Positions 43,515 to 48,512 of a stretch of 48,512 bases of DNA are shown here, piece after piece. A model generated the notes under the pieces. The model was not told the origin of the DNA. It searched no databases and saw nothing but the letters and a program-made list of their open reading frames with translations. The translations under genes were made by a program, and so were the position numbers. Where the stretch lies: positions 1 to 48,512 of the forward strand of contig JBLWGC010000072.1 of assembly GCA_048772705.1 (NCBI GenBank), given 5' to 3'. Source of the DNA: Leidyana gryllorum EB-2025a. Taxonomy: Eukaryota; Protista; Apicomplexa. Position 1 is the first letter of the stretch; the number at the start of each line of letters is the position of its first letter.

Positions 43515-43613
43515 ATTCGGACGCACCCGACTTTTGAGTGGGACGAAACCGGGCTGCCCCGAAGTGTCTCCTCTTTCACCCAACCAGTATCGAGATGACC
43601 GAAGCCTATCCAT

Positions 43614-43686
43614 GGTGCGGTGGCCTAATGGATAGGGCATCGGTCTTCGGAACCGGGAGTTGTGGGTTCGAGTCCCATCCGCATCA
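43614..43686 (+). tRNA. tRNA-Arg(TCG)
   Basis: Intact cloverleaf. Confidence 0.88.
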
Positions 43687-43911
43687 TAGCCTCTCACGCG
43701 GAAGGCCTTCCGTTTCGACCGAGGCAAGGTTGCTAACTGTATGGGGAGCCACTGCCGCGCATGTCGAGTTGAAGTGCTAGTGATATGATTTTCCTTCACT
43801 TGGAGGAAGTGCTTGATTCGATGCCCGAACAGTCCGTTTTTCAGGAGGTTCCACACAGCTCGACGCAGAAACCGCCCGAGTCTCTCGGGGTGCTGCAGCT
43901 CTTCCGCAATT

Positions 43912-43982
43912 GCACTTGTGGTCTAAGGGTAAGACGCGACCCTTCCAAGGTCGTAACCCAGGTTCGAGTCTCGGCAGGTGCA
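43912..43982 (+). tRNA. tRNA-Gly(TCC), variant
   Basis: T-stem changes. Confidence 0.7.
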
Positions 43983-44036
43983 ACCGTATGTAGCTCGAAC
44001 GACCTGTCTACCTGAGTGCCTGCACAATACAATGGC

Positions 44037-44116
44037 TGACAAGAGTGGGATTCGAACCCACGCCCTTTCGGACTGCGGCCTGAACACAGCGCCTTAGACC
44101 ACTCGGCCATCTTGCC
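44037..44116 (-). tRNA. tRNA-Leu(CAG)
   Basis: Intact class II cloverleaf. Confidence 0.9.
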
Positions 44117-44334
44117 GCAGTGTTGTTGGTTCGTCCTTCCACGCGTTTTTTGTCCGTGAGCCGAAATAGAAAGACTTCTGGGATTGGAGGCCGGCGTGCT
44201 CAGAGGGTCCGAGTTAGTATAGTGGTTAGTGTCTCCGCCTGTCACGCGGAAGACCCCAGTTCGATTCCCGGCCTCGAAACGCAGGTGGTTTCGCTTAAGA
44301 TTCTGTCCTTTGGTTCTCGCTGCAAGTTGCGAGC

Positions 44335-44407
44335 TACAGCCACCGAGGATCGAACTCGGGACCTTCTGCGTGTGAAGCAGACGTCGTAACCACTAGACCA
44401 TGGCTGC
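44335..44407 (-). tRNA. tRNA-Val(CAC)
   Basis: Val body, TT-CAC-AC loop. Confidence 0.88.
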
Positions 44408-44697
44408 ATGGATGGTCCCCGCAGCCCAAGAGAAGTGGCGAAGCTTCAGGGAGTAGTGAGGACCAGTTCAAGGGTCGCGCCGGGATCGAACCCAGGTCGG
44501 AAAACCTAAGTGTCGAGTGCTAACCACCAAGGACGCAACCGGTTCAGCCCATCCCAGAACAGTCGGACTAGCGCTTCCTCAACTGGACACATGCAACACG
44601 GGTCTTGTATACAGACCCCAGCGTCAAGAGTTGGATTCGAGTCGGGCAAAAACCTCAGTTCAATCATTCAACCAGTTGCGCTCTCCCCGAATGCTAC

Positions 44698-44779
44698 CGA
44701 CAAGGGTGAGATTCGAACTCACGCGGGTGGAACCCAACGGCTTAGCAGGCCGCCGCCTTAACCACTCGGCCACCTTGCC
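44698..44779 (-). tRNA. tRNA-Ser(GCT)
   Basis: Intact class II cloverleaf. Confidence 0.88.
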
Positions 44780-45268
44780 GACGACATCTCTTACTCGCTG
44801 GCACTTTTTCACAACGGTTTGGGGTCCTAGTCAAGCTTGCTGAACCGTATGTGACATCACTGGCCGCAAAATGCCGAGTTCGACAGGTAGCAACTTGCCC
44901 GAGTGGTTAAGGGGGTAGACTAGAAATCTACTGGGCCTGGCCCGCGCTGGTTTAAATCCAGCAGTTGTCGTGCGATGTGGTTGGAGGGCTAAACATCAAC
45001 TCACGCATGAATTTCTGGAATGGTGGAAAAACAATCATGTGTCTTCTGCATCTTCCGGGAATCGAACCCGGGTCGTCTCGATGGCAACGAGACATTCTAC
45101 CACTAGACCACAGATGCGTGACACTTCCATTCCTGACCACAAAGTAATGAGTACTACTCCAGCCCGTCCCATTTCTGTGAGGCTACAGGTCCGTAGATGA
45201 CAATCAGGCTGCTCATGATATGTGTGTTCCCAGAAACACACGCCCCTCTCACAGTTCGGAAGCTCCGT

Positions 45269-45341
45269 GCAGCCATGGTCTAGTGGTTACGACGTCTGCT
45301 TAACACGCAGAAGGTCCCGAGTTCGATCCTCGGTGGCTGTA
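45269..45341 (+). tRNA. tRNA-Val(AAC)
   Basis: Intact cloverleaf. Confidence 0.9.
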
Positions 45342-45634
45342 GCTCGCAACTTTCAGCGAGATCCAAAGGAAACAATCCTAAGCGCAACCATTGTGCTCCG
45401 AGACCGGGAATCCACCCTGGTCTTCCGCGTAATAGGCGGAAATACTAACCGCTATACTATCTCGAGAACCAAAGGAAGCAATCCTAAGCAAAATCAACTT
45501 TGCTCCGAGACCGCGAAACGAACCCTGGTCTTCCGCGTGACAGGCGGAAATACACGCCGGCCTCCAATCCCAGCAGTCTTTCTATTTTGACTCGCGAACA
45601 GAAAACGTGTAAAGCGGCGAGCCAAGAGCACTCC

Positions 45635-45714
45635 GGCACGGTGGCCGAGTGGTCTAAGGCGCTGTGTTAAGGCCGCAGTCCGAAAGGGCGTGAGTTCGAA
45701 TCCCACTCTTGTCA
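45635..45714 (+). tRNA. tRNA-Leu(AAG), variant
   Basis: Acceptor and T-stem mismatches. Confidence 0.7.
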
Positions 45715-45774
45715 ACTGTTTTATTGTCATCTGGTCAGCTACTCAATGCAATAGCTCTTCCATGTTGTGGCTGT

Positions 45775-45847
45775 GGGCGGCTAGCTCAAATGGTAGAGCG
45801 CTCGCTTCGCATGCGAGAGGTACTGGGATCGATACCCAGGTCGTCCA
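45775..45847 (+). tRNA. tRNA-Ala(CGC)
   Basis: Ala body, TT-CGC-AT loop. Confidence 0.87.
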
Positions 45848-46750
45848 AACTGTCTGGAATCTTCGTCTCCAGCTGCCAGAACCCACTACCTTGAAGGGGT
45901 CACGTCTTACCCTTCGACCACAGGTGCAGCTGAGAGCTTGACAGAGGCTGCAGCACGCGCTGAGACATGAGCAAACGCGCCCCACCAATGAAATGCATGT
46001 TTCGACCCAGATGAGGAGTCTGTGACCCTCAGCCACAGCCATTTTCACAGCGCATGACAACTGACTGCTGAATTTGCTAAGGGCCGGATTGAGAAGGTGT
46101 GAAGTTCACTCGCTCAACCACCTCCACCTCCTTTCAATGTGGCACGGCTCTCATCTGAAGTCTCAACTCGGCAAATAATCCACTGTAGGCTGAGTGGCTA
46201 GGATATGCGGCATTCACCCGCACGATCCGGGTTCGAGTCCCGGCAGTGGAAGTCATTAGACTACTCGAGCAAAGTGCTCCAATAATCTCCGTCAATAGTG
46301 ACTGATTTGTAATCTTCGGCTTGCATTGCCTTCTTAGTTGAGGGGCAGAGCATTCGCTTAGTGAGCGAAAGTCGGTGGTTCGATTCCGGCAGAAGGCTCG
46401 ACTGCATCGACAGGGCACCTGCAAGCGGTAAGTCTCTTAGCCACGAAGCCGCAGGTTTGGAACCTGCCAGTACCTGAGGCACCCACAGGGGGCTGTTTGG
46501 TCTAGTGGTATGATGCTTCCTTCGGGTGGAAGGAGTCCTGGGTTCGATTCCCAGAACAGCCCTCTTGGTCGTCGGTTGACCCGACGGGACAAGTTGCCCT
46601 CACAACCAACACAGCCACCTCGTTAGCCCACCTCGGTAGGGCAGTCAGGGCAACTAACATCTAGAGAATCGCATTTCGGCTAAGTCTACGATCTTGGAAA
46701 GGGGTTCCAAGAGCACAAGTGCCGTCTAGAGAGTACGGTGCCGCATCACC

Positions 46751-46823
46751 CGGTCCTGGCAGGTTTCGAACCTGCGACTTTGTGGTTAACAGCCACACGC
46801 TCTGCCGACTGAGCTACAAGACC
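46751..46823 (-). tRNA. tRNA-Asn(GTT)
   Basis: Intact cloverleaf. Confidence 0.9.
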
Positions 46824-46992
46824 CAATTACAATGTTCTTCCACCTTCCGGGCTGTGAAAGGGGCGTGTGTCGTTGGACACACGTATCCGATGAGCCCGTT
46901 CGTCGTCGCTTGAACCGACGCTACGGCTCTCGTCCAAAGCCTCAACTCGGGCACTTGTCCACTGTAGTCTAAGTGGTTAGGATATGCGGCTA

Positions 46993-47065
46993 TGATGCGG
47001 ATGGGACTCGAACCCACAACTCCCGGTTCCGAAGACCGATGCCCTCTCCATTAGGCCACCGCACC
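46993..47065 (-). tRNA. tRNA-Arg(TCG)
   Basis: Cloverleaf. Confidence 0.85.
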
Positions 47066-47163
47066 ATGGATAGGCTTCGGTCATCTCGCTACTGGTTGGG
47101 TGAAAGGAGACACCTCGGGGCAGCCCGCTTTCGTCCCACTCAAAAGTCGGATGCGTCCCGAAT

Positions 47164-47236
47164 GCGGTTGTGGCGCAATGGATAGCGCGTTGCCCTCCTA
47201 AGGCAAAGGTTGAGGGTTCGAGTCCCTCCAGCCGTT
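47164..47236 (+). tRNA. tRNA-Arg(CCT)
   Basis: Intact cloverleaf. Confidence 0.88.
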
Positions 47237-47351
47237 TCCTGCGTGCCTTCGTTTGTGCAAAGTGGAGCACAAACTGGTGAAAGTGATCGATGGAGTTGGG
47301 AGATTGGTCATACCATGTAAAAAGAACTGGATGTACTGGGGTTTGCTGAAT

Positions 47352-47424
47352 GGGCGACTAGCTCAAATGGTAGAGCGCTCGCTTAGCATGCGAGAGGTAC
47401 TGGGATCGATGCCCAGGTCGTCCA
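47352..47424 (+). tRNA. tRNA-Ala(AGC)
   Basis: Intact cloverleaf. Confidence 0.9.
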
Positions 47425-47671
47425 AAGTACGTACGGCTGCACGTGCCCCTATTTATTTACCGAGTTGAGAGCTTTTGATTGTGCTGTGCAGCCCTTGGAC
47501 AGACCTGGGCACCGCAGTATGTGTGAAGGTTGCCTCAGAGCCCGGATTTCCGAGTTTGCATTTTACAATCACACACTCTGCCGACTAAGATACCAGAGCC
47601 AGTTACAATATTTCAAAAGTCAGTAGAGAGACGCGTGTTGCATGTGTCCAGTCGTTCAAGCTACATACGGC

Positions 47672-47742
47672 TGCACCTGCCGGGACTCGAACCCGGGTTA
47701 CGACCTTGGAAGGGTCGCATCTTACACTTAGACCACAAGTGC
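47672..47742 (-). tRNA. tRNA-Gly(TCC)
   Basis: Cloverleaf, D-loop substitution. Confidence 0.8.
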
Positions 47743-47869
47743 AATTGCGAAAGAGTTGCAGCACCCCGAGACACTCGGGCGATTTCTGCGCGCCACCGTC
47801 CGCCATACACCCTCATTGGCATGTGGTCAGGGATGGATTTCCAACATCTTCAACCTTCAGGTCATCTTT

Positions 47870-47941
47870 AGGGCACGCGCGGGGTTGGACCACGGACTTG
47901 CTGATCTGCAGTCAGCTGCTCTACCACTGAGCTACGTACCC
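47870..47941 (-). tRNA. tRNA-Cys(GCA), variant
   Basis: T-loop TCCAA. Confidence 0.68.
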
Positions 47942-48362
47942 ACAAACTACCCGTCATACTTGCTCAACTCGATTCTGTCTTCTCATTTGAAGCAAAACGG
48001 CCGTTATTGTGTACGAGCTTGAACAACAACGAGTCATGCATCTGTGGTCTAGGGGTAGAATGTGTCGTTGCCACCGAGACGACCCAGGTACGATTCCCGG
48101 CAGACGCAGGAGGCACGCCTCAAACAGCCGTGGCAGATTGACAGAGACGCTGACAAGCTTCGGCACGAGGCCCGACCAGGGGGCTGTTTGCTGTAGCTAT
48201 GATTTTTCCTCGCTTGGAAGAACATTGCAGGTCTTGTAGCTCAGTCGGCAAAGCGTGTAGCTGTTTACCACAAAGTCGCAGTCTCGAAGCCTAGCAGTGC
48301 CGGGAGCTGCGATATGCGACGCTCTGTTAGAGGTCGTTACCGGCAGGTCGCCCTACCGAGTT

Positions 48363-48435
48363 TGGACGACCTGGGTATCGATCCCAGTACCTCTCGCATG
48401 CAAAGCGAGCGCTCTACCATCTGAGCTAGCCGCCC
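48363..48435 (-). tRNA. tRNA-Ala(TGC)
   Basis: Intact cloverleaf. Confidence 0.88.
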
Positions 48436-48512
48436 ATCCGCTCTACATGGAAAACCTTTTGCATCCAGTGGCTGACCGAGTGCCGATACAACGGCTCACA
48501 AGAGTGGGATTC

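Larger units (their letters stand above)
27929..48512. repeat. Scrambled tRNA gene/pseudogene array, right part
   Basis: Same tRNA+spacer modules as the left part; runs to the window end. Confidence 0.95.

Noticed and set aside
116-48239. Hundreds of 60-210 aa ORFs in the ORF track
   Set aside because: They overlap tRNA genes, spacers, LTRs or alternative gag/pol frames, recur with the modules and show no protein motifs; only gag and pol are credible
1-48512. Bacterial or phage tRNA array, or CRISPR-like array
   Set aside because: tRNAs are eukaryotic (A34 anticodons, no CCA, A54/A60 initiator, Tyr intron); there is no constant repeat with unique spacers and no cas genes

Overview
Eukaryotic DNA, host not identifiable from the window. 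About 41 kb of the 48.5 kb is a very dense, scrambled array of tRNA genes, tRNA pseudogenes and fragments. I count well over 120 full-length tRNA-like units by eye, on both strands, covering all 20 amino acids and about 43 tRNA species. They are eukaryotic in type: A34 anticodons, no encoded CCA, a eukaryotic initiator Met, and an intron-containing Tyr. The array is built from recurrent multi-gene blocks that have been duplicated, inverted and re-joined at micro-homologies. Embedded in it is a full-length Ty3/gypsy chromovirus-type LTR retrotransposon (20631..27928, minus strand) with gag, a -1 frameshifted pol (PR-RT-RH-IN-chromodomain), a tRNA-Phe primer-binding site and a PPT; its flanks do not form a TSD. 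A solo LTR of the same family has been cut in two by a ~7.9 kb inversion, which can be reconstructed at base level (TSD GAATA restored). The short ORFs outside gag and pol appear to be chance frames over tRNA genes, spacers, LTRs or the other gag/pol frames. tRNA coordinates were read manually. The list favours intact or informative copies and is not exhaustive.
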